Shown here piece after piece: positions 26,322 to 36,372 of a DNA stretch of 64,000 nt. Location of the stretch: positions 1 through 64,000 of IMG/VR virus record IMGVR_UViG_3300003316_000274. One strand, 5' to 3'. Within the stretch, counting starts at the first letter, position 1. Each line of letters begins with the position of its first letter. The position numbers were made by a program, and so were the translations under genes. Under the pieces are notes generated by a model, which had not been told where the DNA came from, made no database searches, and was given only the letters and a program-made list of their open reading frames with translations. This DNA is from a virus.

Positions 26322-29300
26322 TCAGGCTCCTCCTGTTGTCTGCGCCGGCAGCACGGAGGCGGCCAGCGCGTCGATCTCTGCTCTCAAGGCCGCCGCTTCC
26401 CCGGCCCGTTCTGCCTCCCTGCGCAGCAGCGCGTCCGCGAGGCCGTCCAGCAGGGCCGGATCGGAGAAGGCAGTCGTCAGGGCAGCTGTGATGTCCTCGA
26501 CGTCAAACGTGACCATCCCTTCGGCTACGGGCTCGGGCTCCGGCTGGAGGATCTGCTCGGCCGTGAAAGCCGCGCTCGCGGCGAGCGCCATGTTGGACCG
26601 CTCGACCACGGACGCGACGAGCGGCGAGGAGTGCCCCGGCACCGGAACAGACAGGACCGCCCTCAGCTGCCACTGGCCCCCCGGGCCCTGGGTCATGTGG
26701 TAGCTGGGCTGGCAAGTCAGCATGATGCGCCGGTCGATCTCGGAAACCCAGGGGGTCGCCGCACCGGAGAACCACATGCCGCCCTCATTCATGCCGACGG
26801 TGACAATGCCGGCCACAGTGCGTGTGTCGTCGAGCTGGCAGGCCGCGGTCTCGCACTCGTAGCCGTCGCGGTGGTGCCCGACGTCCATGGTGTAGGCGCC
26901 GGCCCTAACCTCGGTGCCGTCGTCCAGGGCGTACTTCTGGCGCAGGAAGTGGCTGAGGTCGAGTCCCTTCGCGGCGATCTTCTCGATGGTGACCTTCGCC
27001 CCATACGAGGCGTGGGGGACGCCTGCCTGCGCGACCCAGCCGTAGATCCGGCCGGCCTTGTAGTGGACTCCGCCCGATCCCGGGGGGAGTTCCTCGGTGG
27101 TCGGCTCGCGGAACCACTCGGCGGGCATCGGTGGCAGGTCCTGCATGGCCCTCCACGCTGATGCCTCCAGGACGTCCATCTCGCTGTCGCCGTCGTCCTC
27201 GTCGGCCCAGGGGACGGTGGCGGGTGGGTCATCGGGGAACGTCTCGTTGATGCGCCCATACAGCGTCTCGACCTTGGCCCGCAGGGCGGGCACGTCGGCT
27301 TCCGGTACGTCTACGCCACCCCGCGCGCCCTGCAAGGCCGCCGCGACCGCGAACACGCCCTGCGGGAAGATGTGGAGCCCGCCATCGACCGGGCGGGCAA
27401 TACCCAGCTTGTACGCGCCGAGCGTCGCCGGGTCGGCTTCGTCGTCCCGCCACAAGAACGCATCCGCCAGCTTGTCGGCGTCGACCTCGCCGTCTTCTCC
27501 GGTAGCCCAGGCGAGGGTCTCGGACGCGGCGGCGGGGCCATCCCACTCGGCGTCCCGGACCTCGTGGATGGGCAGGTCGGTGTTCCCGGTGACCGAGGCG
27601 ACGAGGGAGCCCTCGGGCAGAGTGGCCGGGGCGGTGTAGCGGCGCCCCGAGCGCGCCACGTGCCCCTTGTCGACGGCAGTCTTGAGGTGCGCCCGGACAG
27701 TGAGGAGCGGAAGTCCCGTGGCCTCGGTGATGTCGCGGGAGGAAAGCACGTCAGGGCGTCCCCACACCACGTGCACGACGCGGCTGTAGTCATCGAGGGC
27801 GGCAGCGGCCAAGGCGAAGTCGTCCTCGGCCACGGCCCGCTCGGCGTCAGCGGGCTCCTCGTACGGATCGATGACGACACGTGCCCGCGAGTAGGCAGGC
27901 AGTGTCACGAGCGTGGCACCGCGGACCCGAGCCCGGGTCACCCGCATCAGGAACTCGCCGCTGCGCTGGACCTCCAGGACCTCGGCGTCGGCGCCAGGGT
28001 CGGGGTCGCCGGCCGCAGCGGTCAGGGAAGGCGCGAGGAGGACGGCGACGTCGCGGCTGACCCTGCCGTTGAGGTCGGTCACGAGGGTGACCTGACGCGT
28101 CCCGGAGGCGACGCTCAGCCCTGAGGCGGTCACCTGGGGGGCGGTGGACGCGGTCAGGGACCAGCCGCCGTCCGCGAGTCTCATCAGGGACGCCCGGTGC
28201 AGGTGCGCCGACGCCACGATCGCCGGTTCGACGTCGACGCCGGCATCGTCTGGAAGCGGCGCCGTGGAGATGAGCTCCAGGTCGACGGCGTCCAGGTCGA
28301 CAGACACGCCGACGGGGGCGTCCTGGTCGAGGAGCGTGGCCACTTCCCAGCCGGCGTCCTGCGTCATGTAGAAGACGCCGGACCCAGTGATCCGGTCGCC
28401 GTCGCGGCCGAGTTGTGTGGCGGCGCCGGCGAGTTCGCCGCCGTCGTGGCCGTAGCCCATTGCGTCGCAGTAGTGGATCGGCCAGGAGTCGCCCTCCCAG
28501 TACAGGGAGCCGGGGGCGAATACCCGGTCATCGCCGGTCTGTTCGTTCTCGAACGCCAAGGCGGTGTCGCCGGGCGTCGACCACGTCCGCACCGGGAAGA
28601 CCGGTGCCGCCGTCATCTCCCTGTCGTTCGGTTCGTGCATCGGCTCCTCCTGTTCTTCGGGGGCGAGTTCGCCGCCCACGTACCAGCGGTGGATCTCATC
28701 GGTTCCGTCGAGCACGATGCCGTACGCGGGGCCCGGGTCGACCTCGGCGACGGTGCCGGTCGTGGAGCCTTCGTCGTGCGGTTTCCCGGTCACCACAACC
28801 CGGTCGCCCGGCGTGAACGCACGCCCGGCTGCCGTGATGCCGGGAGTGAGCGGGATGTCGGTCGCATCGCCTGCGAACACGACTCGGATCCGGTCGAACA
28901 CGACGGGTCCCAGGCGCTCCGTCATCGGCTGCATGAGAGCTGTGTCGGTCCGGTAGCCAGCCGTGACGTGCGCTACCCACGGCGAGTGCTGCACGGCCGG
29001 TTCGGGCAGCCCTTCGGTGCCGAGGGCGGCGTCGACAGCGATGGTGTGCGCCGTGTCGAGCCCGGACCCGGGCGTGTCCCGGTCGTCGCTGGTCGCCCAC
29101 ACCCATGCGGGATCGTCGCTGTCCGGGTTCCAGTGGTTGATGCCGAACAGGCGTGCCTGGACGGGCCCGTCGATCGCTGCGGCGCGGGTCTGCACGGCTG
29201 CGGTCAGGGCGGCGCGCTGCTGCTCGCTCCACTCCGACGCGTCGCCGGTCAGGTAGTACAGCGTGCAGTGGAGTTCGGTCGCGTCGTGGCCGCCGTCGAC

Positions 29301-30185
29301 GGCCAGGCGCTCGGCATCGGCGGCCGTGGGGATGAGGGCGATCATGCCGCCCCGGTTCGGGTTGTCTGTGGCAGCGGCGAGGTCGGTCATGGACGCCGTC
29401 CTTTCCGAAGGCGCGGGTTCTACCCGCATGACGCAGCGGCAGTTCACTGTGAGGTCCGGCGGGGCCGAGGGGTCTCCGGGGTACTGCATCAGCGCGCCGC
29501 CGACGGTGAACGCCTCGTCGAGGAGCCGTAGCTGGCCGTTGACGGCCCTGTGGGTGTCGCGCACGCGTGCGTCACCTCTGGTCCGCCACTGCTTCACGAG
29601 TGGCCGGTCCGGGCCGGTCAGTGCTTCTGCCGCTGCTTGTACGCCGGCGTTCCAGGCGCGGGTGGCTTCCGTGGCTGCGATGCGTTCCGCGCGGGCCTCG
29701 CCGAGTTGTTCGCCGTCCGCGCGGAGAAATGCCCGCAGGCGTGCCCGTAGCGCCTGAGTGTCCTCGCCTGCGGCGATGCCGTCGCTGAGTTCGCGGGCGG
29801 CGCCCTGGGCGATCCGGTCGCCGATCGCCCTGACGAGCGCTTCGGTGGCGGTTGCGTAGTTGGTCAGGGAGGCTGGCAGGGTCTGGTCGTCGTACCGGTC
29901 GGAGAGGCTGTCGAGGCCTTCCGGTGTGCGGCCGTCTCCTGCCGTGTCGGCCGTGGAGGACACGGCGGGCTGGGCGGCGGAGCGGAAGAGACGCCGCATG
30001 ATGGCGGATACGTGCTCGCGCCACAGCTGTGCGATACGGCGCACCGACCATGCTGCTGCGGTGATCTCGTCCGCGCGGCCGAGTTCCTGGACCGCCTGGC
30101 GGGCGACGGCCCGCAGCGCGGCCTTCACCTCGCGCAGGACCGCGTCCTCCGCTGCCGCGAGGGCTTCTTCTTCAGCGGTGGCCAA
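26322..30185 (-). CDS. head morphogenesis polyprotein: MuF-like domain, 2H-phosphoesterase-like domain, prohead serine protease-like domain, wHTH-like segment, and a long C-terminal region
   Basis: ORF 26322..30224. A TTG at 30185 lies 6 nt after GGAGG. MuF motif: RDTHRAVNG..PGDP..NCRC. Two HxT motifs: LHCTLYY and AHVTAGY. Protease-like segments: GYGHDGGELAG...VGVSVD...ATLVTLPAYSRARV. Confidence 0.9.
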   Translation of the reverse strand: MATAEEEALAAAEDAVLREVKAALRAVARQAVQELGRADEITAAAWSVRRIAQLWREHVSAIMRRLFRSAAQPAVSSTADTAGDGRTPEGLDSLSDRYDDQTLPASLTNYATATEALVRAIGDRIAQGAARELSDGIAAGEDTQALRARLRAFLRADGEQLGEARAERIAATEATRAWNAGVQAAAEALTGPDRPLVKQWRTRGDARVRDTHRAVNGQLRLLDEAFTVGGALMQYPGDPSAPPDLTVNCRCVMRVEPAPSERTASMTDLAAATDNPNRGGMIALIPTAADAERLAVDGGHDATELHCTLYYLTGDASEWSEQQRAALTAAVQTRAAAIDGPVQARLFGINHWNPDSDDPAWVWATSDDRDTPGSGLDTAHTIAVDAALGTEGLPEPAVQHSPWVAHVTAGYRTDTALMQPMTERLGPVVFDRIRVVFAGDATDIPLTPGITAAGRAFTPGDRVVVTGKPHDEGSTTGTVAEVDPGPAYGIVLDGTDEIHRWYVGGELAPEEQEEPMHEPNDREMTAAPVFPVRTWSTPGDTALAFENEQTGDDRVFAPGSLYWEGDSWPIHYCDAMGYGHDGGELAGAATQLGRDGDRITGSGVFYMTQDAGWEVATLLDQDAPVGVSVDLDAVDLELISTAPLPDDAGVDVEPAIVASAHLHRASLMRLADGGWSLTASTAPQVTASGLSVASGTRQVTLVTDLNGRVSRDVAVLLAPSLTAAAGDPDPGADAEVLEVQRSGEFLMRVTRARVRGATLVTLPAYSRARVVIDPYEEPADAERAVAEDDFALAAAALDDYSRVVHVVWGRPDVLSSRDITEATGLPLLTVRAHLKTAVDKGHVARSGRRYTAPATLPEGSLVASVTGNTDLPIHEVRDAEWDGPAAASETLAWATGEDGEVDADKLADAFLWRDDEADPATLGAYKLGIARPVDGGLHIFPQGVFAVAAALQGARGGVDVPEADVPALRAKVETLYGRINETFPDDPPATVPWADEDDGDSEMDVLEASAWRAMQDLPPMPAEWFREPTTEELPPGSGGVHYKAGRIYGWVAQAGVPHASYGAKVTIEKIAAKGLDLSHFLRQKYALDDGTEVRAGAYTMDVGHHRDGYECETAACQLDDTRTVAGIVTVGMNEGGMWFSGAATPWVSEIDRRIMLTCQPSYHMTQGPGGQWQLRAVLSVPVPGHSSPLVASVVERSNMALAASAAFTAEQILQPEPEPVAEGMVTFDVEDITAALTTAFSDPALLDGLADALLRREAERAGEAAALRAEIDALAASVLPAQTTGGA

Positions 30186-30360
30186 TGCGAACCTCCGGTA
30201 GATCCGGGTCGGCACACACGTCACACATGGCCCATGAGCCGATCGTCTGGACGCCGTGCTCCGTGACCAGCAGCAGCGGCGCGGCCAGGGCGGTGAAGGC
30301 CTTGCACGGCGTGCACCACGCCTCGTGTCGCAGGCCGTACGCCAGGAATCCGCCCTTCAC
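30172..30360 (-). CDS. small zinc-ribbon-like protein
   Basis: The GTG at 30360 overlaps the portal stop (GTGA). Sequence is VKGGFLAYGLRHEAWCTPC...MCDVC. Good GC3. It is the tail of ORF 30172..30537. Confidence 0.55.
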   Translation of the reverse strand: MKGGFLAYGLRHEAWCTPCKAFTALAAPLLLVTEHGVQTIGSWAMCDVCADPDLPEVRIGHR

Positions 30361-32060
30361 CGGCCCGCTCCCGCCTGACGAACCAGGGTGACAACGTTGT
30401 CGTATGTGTGAGGAGTCTGCGTGGTCAGCAGAGCGATGACGTACCGGTCTAGGGCGGCGGTCAGCGCGCCGGGAGCGGCGCCTGACCGGACGGCTACCTC
30501 GGGCACACCGCTCCACGCGCCTTCGAGGAGTCCCCACGCCTCGACCTCCCGCTCGTTCACCCGGTACACCCGGTAGCGCTGCGCGGCGGGAACGGACTGG
30601 GCCGCTTCACGCTCGGCGCGCGGGCACACGGGCCGGTTCAGCATCCGCTCTCCCACGCGGGTCAGCGCGCTGTTCACGGCGACGTCGAGCGCGGCGCACA
30701 GCGCTGCGTCCGGACCGGGCAGCGCGGACGCGGAAGGCTCGGCGGGCATCGCTTCGGTCTCGGCAACCGGGAGTGCCGGACGGCCCGCCGCAGGCTCCAC
30801 GGGCGCCGTGCCGGCGCCGGGGGCGTCGGCTTCGGTGAATCCCGTCTCCCGTCGGGCCGCTTGGCCGCTGATCAGCCCTGCCTGATACGCCTCCAAGGCG
30901 ATCGCCGCCTTGTTCGTGGCGGTGCGCAGGCTCGCAGTGTCGTACCAAACGAGAACGTCGTCGGCGTCCGGGACTCTACGGGCGTCCAGCGCGGGCCGCA
31001 GCCACGCGGTAGTGAGGGCGTGGCACACCGTCGCGAGTTTCGGCTCGACCGCGGTCTGGATCGCGTCGCCCTTGATCGACCAGACGTTCCAGTGCGATGC
31101 GTCGGAGAGGCCGGTGATGATTTCCTTCGGCACGTCCATGCCGATCGCGATCCGCTCGCGCAGCTCTCCCCTCAGCTGCTGGGCCATCGTGTCGAACTCG
31201 GAGTCGAGGGTGAGGTGGCGCACCTCGCCGATCACATCGGCGGGGACCTCCAGAACAATGGGGACCGTGGCGGCTGCGCTGCCGGGCTCACGGATCGCGG
31301 TCGACGCGACCTCCATGAACACGTCCAGGAGGTCGTCCTCGGCGTCCCCGACGGTGCCCTGCTGGGTGGGGAATCTTGTTCCTTTGGGGACGAGGAGGAT
31401 GCCGCGGCCGGTGATGCGGGAGCGGGCGATCGCCTGGATCGCCAGGGACAGCAGGTTCAGCTCCTCGATCAGGCCGAGGGACGACTTGATCGCACTGTCC
31501 GCGTCGCGGTGCATGAACGGGTCCGGCTCCCACACACGGAACGCGACCGGGTTGGTGTCGTCGGGGTCGTCCTCGTCGTAGGCGGGGATCACCACCTCGA
31601 CGCCGTCCTTCTGGACCGTCAGGCGACCGCGCTCGGGGCGGACTTCCTGCGTCGACAGGACGCGCCATTCGTAGCTCGACGGCTGCCCGGTCACCGCATC
31701 GATCACGGGAGACACCAGCGTCCACGCCTCGCCGGTCACGGTCAGGTGGGGGCCGAATGCCCCGAGGAAGTCGGGCTGCCCCGATACGCCGCCGGCGATC
31801 TGCGCGACGATCTCGGATGCGGGGTGGTCATCCGGGAGCGGCGCGATGCTGTTGTCGGGCCCGGGGCGGCCGGCGAAAAGAGTTGCCTGGGACATGGCGC
31901 TCCCGATCCACCGGGCGACGAAACGAATCTCCGGCACGGTCCGGTACGCGTTGATCGCAGCAGGCTGCCAGCTCCCGTCGGCCGGGATCGCCCGGGACGC
32001 GGCGAGCTGCGCGGTGTAGCGCTGCGCGGCGGCGGTCAAGACCCTGCGAGGCTGGGCCAA
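30357..32060 (-). CDS. portal protein
   Basis: ORF 30357..32060. TTG start 6 nt after GGAGGAGAG. Size, position and composition are typical of siphovirus portals. Confidence 0.85.
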   Translation of the reverse strand: MAQPRRVLTAAAQRYTAQLAASRAIPADGSWQPAAINAYRTVPEIRFVARWIGSAMSQATLFAGRPGPDNSIAPLPDDHPASEIVAQIAGGVSGQPDFLGAFGPHLTVTGEAWTLVSPVIDAVTGQPSSYEWRVLSTQEVRPERGRLTVQKDGVEVVIPAYDEDDPDDTNPVAFRVWEPDPFMHRDADSAIKSSLGLIEELNLLSLAIQAIARSRITGRGILLVPKGTRFPTQQGTVGDAEDDLLDVFMEVASTAIREPGSAAATVPIVLEVPADVIGEVRHLTLDSEFDTMAQQLRGELRERIAIGMDVPKEIITGLSDASHWNVWSIKGDAIQTAVEPKLATVCHALTTAWLRPALDARRVPDADDVLVWYDTASLRTATNKAAIALEAYQAGLISGQAARRETGFTEADAPGAGTAPVEPAAGRPALPVAETEAMPAEPSASALPGPDAALCAALDVAVNSALTRVGERMLNRPVCPRAEREAAQSVPAAQRYRVYRVNEREVEAWGLLEGAWSGVPEVAVRSGAAPGALTAALDRYVIALLTTQTPHTYDNVVTLVRQAGAGR

Positions 32061-32114
32061 GGCGCTCTCTCCTCCACGGGTCGTAGTCGGTTGCTCGCTC
32101 AGGGTACGACGCGG

Positions 32115-35100
32115 CTAGAGCGAGGCTCCGGCAATGGCGAGCCGGGACAGTACCCGGTCGGCGGTGACACGCGCATCACCAACCTCCGTGATGTTGAACG
32201 TCACGTTGTTAGTGGTCGCTTCGGCTTTGCTGCTGCCGCGGGATTCCTGGGCTGCCAGGCGGTCGAGCCCGGTCCTCTGCATGAGTTCCACCGCGCGGGA
32301 GCGGCGGGTCAGCGGAATGATCACCTCTGGTCCGGCCTCGCCGACGAGGGCCGGGGTGGGGCCGAGCACCACGCCGCCGTCGGCGAAGGGAAGCAGGGCA
32401 CGCACCGACGAGGGCAGGCCCGCCTTGATGTTCGAGATGATCCGGGAACCGATGTTTCCGACTGCAGCAACGATCCGGGAAGGCAACCCGCGGAACAGGC
32501 TCACAATGCTGTTGATCAGGCCGTTCACGGCTGAGGTGGCCGAGGACACGGCCGACTGGAACACTCCCGCGATCCGCGATCCCAGGGACGACAGGGCTGA
32601 TGCGGCCCTGCCGGGGAGCTGTGAGAAGAACCTGACCACGGAGGACACGAGATCAGACGTTCTGTTCTGGGCCGCCGACGATGTCCTGGCGAACACGGAC
32701 GTCACCGCTGTCACCAGGGCGGACAGAGCCGCCGATGCCCGGCTCGGGAGCGACTGGAAGAACCCGACGACACGGTTGATGAAGCCCGTGACGGTGGCGG
32801 TGACCGATGCGGCCGTTTGTGTGAACCATTGCCCGACCGCTGTCGCCAGAGAAGAGAGGGCAGCGGAGAGCCGCCCCGGCAGCGCGGCGAAGAAGGCGAC
32901 CGTGTTGTTCAGGAATGCCGTCACGCCTGCGGTGATCGATGCCCACAGGCTGGAGAAGAACGCCGACAGCGACGCCGCCAGGCCCACTACGGCGTTGAGG
33001 ATCCGCTGCGGCAGCTCAGTGAAGATGAAGATCAATGCGGCCAGTTCGGTGAGCAGTGCGATGGCGACCTGGGAGACGGCGAACACGAACAGATCCACCA
33101 GCAGGCCGGGCAGCGCCTGGAGGAAGGCGAGGATCCGTCCCGGCAGGGCGGCGAAGAAGTCCGTCACCGCGGTGAACGCCGATGCCACGCCGGCGGCGAT
33201 CGAGGTGCCCAGCGAGGAGAAGAACGAGGACACCGTCCCGGCCAGCGAGGAAAGGCCCGAGGTCACCGCGTCGGGGATCCCGGCGAAGAAGTCCCCCAGC
33301 GAGGACGCGAAGCCCGACGCCGACGAGGCCGCTGAGGAGAACGCGGACGACACTGCGGCCGGGAGGTCCGTGATGGAGGTGACCGTGGCCGTGACGGTGT
33401 CGATGACGCCGGTCATCACGTCTGTGAATGCCTGGAGAGCGGGCACGACGCCCCGGACGGCGACCAGGGACAGCAGCCCGGCGGCAAGTTCCAGGACGGG
33501 CCCGGTGATCTGGGCCACCAGTACGAGCAGCGGTGCCAGCGCCTCCACCAGGCCGACGAGTGAGGGAAGCAGTGGAAGCGTTGCGGTCGCGAGTGCCGTG
33601 AACGCTTCGATCAGTGGCGGCAGGACGGGTAGCAGGGCGTCTGTCAGGGCCTGGATGACCGGTGTGAGGGCGGTCGCGAGCTGGGCGACGGTGACTGCCA
33701 TCGCGGCGAAGAGGGGCGTGGTCTGGCTGACGAGGGAGGCCAGGGCTTGGCCGATCCCTGTGACCAGCGGAGTCAGGGCCTGGACGAGCGTGACGAACGC
33801 TGCTGTCAGCGGGGGCAGTACGGGGGCGAGGGCGCCGACGAGGGACTGGATGACCGGGGTCAGGGCGTCCGCTGTGGCTGAGAGGGCCGGCGCGAGGATG
33901 GAGGCGACGGATGCGGCGAGTTCACCCACCAGCGGCAGGAGCGGTGAGAGGCCCTGGAGGAGTGCGGCGACCGCTGCGCCGACGGGGCCGAGGGCTGGCC
34001 CGAGCGCGGCCAGTCCGGTTGCCAGGGCCTGGCCGACCGTGGTCAGTGACGGCGCGATGGCAGCGAGAGCAGGCCCGAGCCCATTGATGACGTTGGTGAT
34101 GGCAGGGCCGAGGGCCTGGAACAGGGGTGCCAGGGACGGAGCGATCGCGCCGATCTGGGTGACGAGCGCGGCGAGGATCGGTCCGAGCTGGGCGGCCACC
34201 GTGGAAATGGTGGAGAAGATGCTGGTCAGGGCAGTCTGTCCTTGTGCGGACTCGACGAACTCGCGGATCTGACCCGTGATCTGCTGGAGGTTGTTCAGGA
34301 ATCCGCCGCCGACCGCGGTCCCCGCCTGGAACACGGAGACGATGATGGTGCCGACGTTGCTGAGGATGGAGCCGAGCTGAGCGAACACGGTCAGCGCCTG
34401 CTGCACCCATGCGACGGCCTGGCCGCCCTCGGAGATGCGGGTGAGGAACGCGGCGACCCGGTCGCCGATGGCGGTGATCGTGGATTCCAGCTTTGCGCCG
34501 AACGCGTCGGAGATGACGGCGCCGAGCCGGAGGAAGCCTGCTGTCAGGCCGTTGGACGTCTGGGCCAGGCCCCGGACGGCTGATGTCGATCCCTGGAGGA
34601 TCGACTGGACGTTGCTGACGCCCTCGGCTGACTGGACGTATTGCAGGACGCCGCGAGCAGCCAGGCCCCACTGGGCGGCGATCGCTGCGAGGCCGGTCTT
34701 CAGGGGGCCCTGGAGAGCCTCGGCTGTCCGGGTGATCTGTCCTTCGATCTCGCCGAAGAACGCATCCTGGACGGAGTTCCGCAGGTCTTCGAAGGCGGGC
34801 TTGAGTGCCCGTACTTCCCGGGCCGCTGCCACAGCCGCCGGGGAGAGATTCTCCAGGGACTCCTCGAACTTCGCGGCGTCCTTGGTGAGGGCGGCGCTGA
34901 AGGCGTCGCCCACGCCCTGGAGGGCGAATTTCAGGGTGTTGATCGCGGCGACGGAGCCGAGGATGGCCGCCGGGCCGGCGGCGAGGATGCCGACGGCGGG
35001 GGCCAGGGCTGCGGTGAATGCGCCGATGGATGAGGCGGCGCTGGCTGCCGCGATGCCCACGGCGCCGAAAGACAGGAGGCTCTGGAGTCCTCTGGCGGCT

Positions 35101-36299
35101 GAGGCTGCGGCTGGTCCGAGGGCGGCCAGGGAGCGCCGGAAGCGGTCGTTGTCGGCTTCGACGGGCACCCGGACAGGGCGGGGCTCAGGGACGACGCGCA
35201 GGGAGATCTCTTCGCCCGACACCGCGGCCTGGGCGCGGGCGACGAAGTTCGTCATGTCCGGCGCGACCGTGATGGCGAGGTCGAGATCGCCGAGGGCGTG
35301 CGCTTCCCGTTCGAGCTGGCGGGTGAAGCGGCGCAGGTCCGGTACGACGGACACCGCGAGGTCGATGTCTCCGAGGGCGCGGGCCTCGCGCGCGAGCTGG
35401 CGGGTGAAGCGGCGCAGGTCGGGTACGACGGTCACCGCGAGGTCGATACCGGTGAGGGAGCGGAGTGCTGCGCGCAGCTCGATGCCGAGACGGCGGGCGT
35501 CCAGGGCGGTGGCGACCTGGACGGTGGCGTCCGCCTGGCGGGCTGCGCGGGAGAGGGCGGCCTGGAGCCGGGCCGCCTGGACCTCCACGCCCACGGGGAT
35601 AGTGGCCTGCACCGCGCGTACGGCGCGCGTCAGGGCCGTCTGAAGGCGCGAGGTGTCCGGCTGCACCTCGACGCTGATCCGTGCCCGGACGGTGCGGACC
35701 GCCCGGTCGAGGGCGGCCTGGAGACGGGAGGCGTCCGGCTCCACGATGGCCCGCACCTGTGCCCGGACGGAGCGCACGGCGCGGTCGAGGGCAGCCTGGA
35801 GGCCGGAGGCGTCCGGCTGCACCGTGGCGCGGACCTGTGCCCGGACGGAGCGCACGGCGCGGTCGAGGGCAGCCTGGAGGCCGGAGGCGTCCGGCTGCAC
35901 CGTGGCGCGGACCTCGGCGCTCGCTGTGCGCACAGCTTGGTTCAGTGCGGCCTGGAGGCGGGAGGCGTCGATGGCGACCGGTACGGTCACCGGCGCTGTC
36001 GCGGCGCGTGACGCGGCCCGGATCTGCGCGTCGAGGCGGGCGGTGTTCAGCTCGATGTCGAGCCGGATCGAAGTGGCTGCTGAGCGGGTGGCTGTACGGA
36101 TCTTGCTGTCCAGGCTGCGCACCGCGCGGTCGATGCCCTGGGTCAGGTTCCGTTCGAGGGTGCGCCCGATGGTCTGGGTGCCTCGGTCGAGGGCGCGGCG
36201 GATGCGGTCGGCGGCAGTACGGGAGTCTGCCGCAATCCGTGTCGTGTCGAGGACAACCTGGACCTCAGCCTGGCCGAGGTCTTCTGCGGGCGTTCCCAT
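32115..36299 (-). CDS. tape measure protein (1394 aa)
   Basis: ORF 32115..36299. N-terminal coiled-coil tandem repeats, a long A/L/G/S/V-rich hydrophobic repeat core, and a C-terminal ALVGEAGPEVIIPL motif typical of tape measure proteins. Confidence 0.9.
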   Translation of the reverse strand: MGTPAEDLGQAEVQVVLDTTRIAADSRTAADRIRRALDRGTQTIGRTLERNLTQGIDRAVRSLDSKIRTATRSAATSIRLDIELNTARLDAQIRAASRAATAPVTVPVAIDASRLQAALNQAVRTASAEVRATVQPDASGLQAALDRAVRSVRAQVRATVQPDASGLQAALDRAVRSVRAQVRAIVEPDASRLQAALDRAVRTVRARISVEVQPDTSRLQTALTRAVRAVQATIPVGVEVQAARLQAALSRAARQADATVQVATALDARRLGIELRAALRSLTGIDLAVTVVPDLRRFTRQLAREARALGDIDLAVSVVPDLRRFTRQLEREAHALGDLDLAITVAPDMTNFVARAQAAVSGEEISLRVVPEPRPVRVPVEADNDRFRRSLAALGPAAASAARGLQSLLSFGAVGIAAASAASSIGAFTAALAPAVGILAAGPAAILGSVAAINTLKFALQGVGDAFSAALTKDAAKFEESLENLSPAAVAAAREVRALKPAFEDLRNSVQDAFFGEIEGQITRTAEALQGPLKTGLAAIAAQWGLAARGVLQYVQSAEGVSNVQSILQGSTSAVRGLAQTSNGLTAGFLRLGAVISDAFGAKLESTITAIGDRVAAFLTRISEGGQAVAWVQQALTVFAQLGSILSNVGTIIVSVFQAGTAVGGGFLNNLQQITGQIREFVESAQGQTALTSIFSTISTVAAQLGPILAALVTQIGAIAPSLAPLFQALGPAITNVINGLGPALAAIAPSLTTVGQALATGLAALGPALGPVGAAVAALLQGLSPLLPLVGELAASVASILAPALSATADALTPVIQSLVGALAPVLPPLTAAFVTLVQALTPLVTGIGQALASLVSQTTPLFAAMAVTVAQLATALTPVIQALTDALLPVLPPLIEAFTALATATLPLLPSLVGLVEALAPLLVLVAQITGPVLELAAGLLSLVAVRGVVPALQAFTDVMTGVIDTVTATVTSITDLPAAVSSAFSSAASSASGFASSLGDFFAGIPDAVTSGLSSLAGTVSSFFSSLGTSIAAGVASAFTAVTDFFAALPGRILAFLQALPGLLVDLFVFAVSQVAIALLTELAALIFIFTELPQRILNAVVGLAASLSAFFSSLWASITAGVTAFLNNTVAFFAALPGRLSAALSSLATAVGQWFTQTAASVTATVTGFINRVVGFFQSLPSRASAALSALVTAVTSVFARTSSAAQNRTSDLVSSVVRFFSQLPGRAASALSSLGSRIAGVFQSAVSSATSAVNGLINSIVSLFRGLPSRIVAAVGNIGSRIISNIKAGLPSSVRALLPFADGGVVLGPTPALVGEAGPEVIIPLTRRSRAVELMQRTGLDRLAAQESRGSSKAEATTNNVTFNITEVGDARVTADRVLSRLAIAGASL
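35678..35911 (-). repeat. 78-bp (26-aa) in-frame tandem repeats in the tape measure gene; two copies are identical
   Basis: Segments 35756-35833 and 35834-35911 are identical by eye (peptide RATVQPDASGLQAALDRAVRSVRAQV). Diverged copies flank them. A second 81-bp family (DLAVxVVPDLRRFTRQL) lies at about 35270-35470. Confidence 0.8.
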
Positions 36300-36372
36300 G
36301 GGTACTCCCCTGGTTGCGTTGTGTAGTGGCGTGTCCGTCCGCTGCGGCCGGCGTCAAGGCGAGGCGGGCGGG

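Noticed and set aside
32115-36299. Reading the 1394-aa protein as a pore-forming or ejection protein of a short-tailed phage, because of its position before the portal.
   Set aside because: It has the composition and C-terminal motif of tape measure proteins. It is preceded by a frameshifted chaperone pair, and Dit-, Tal- and fibre-like genes are present. The unusual position is reported as a finding instead.
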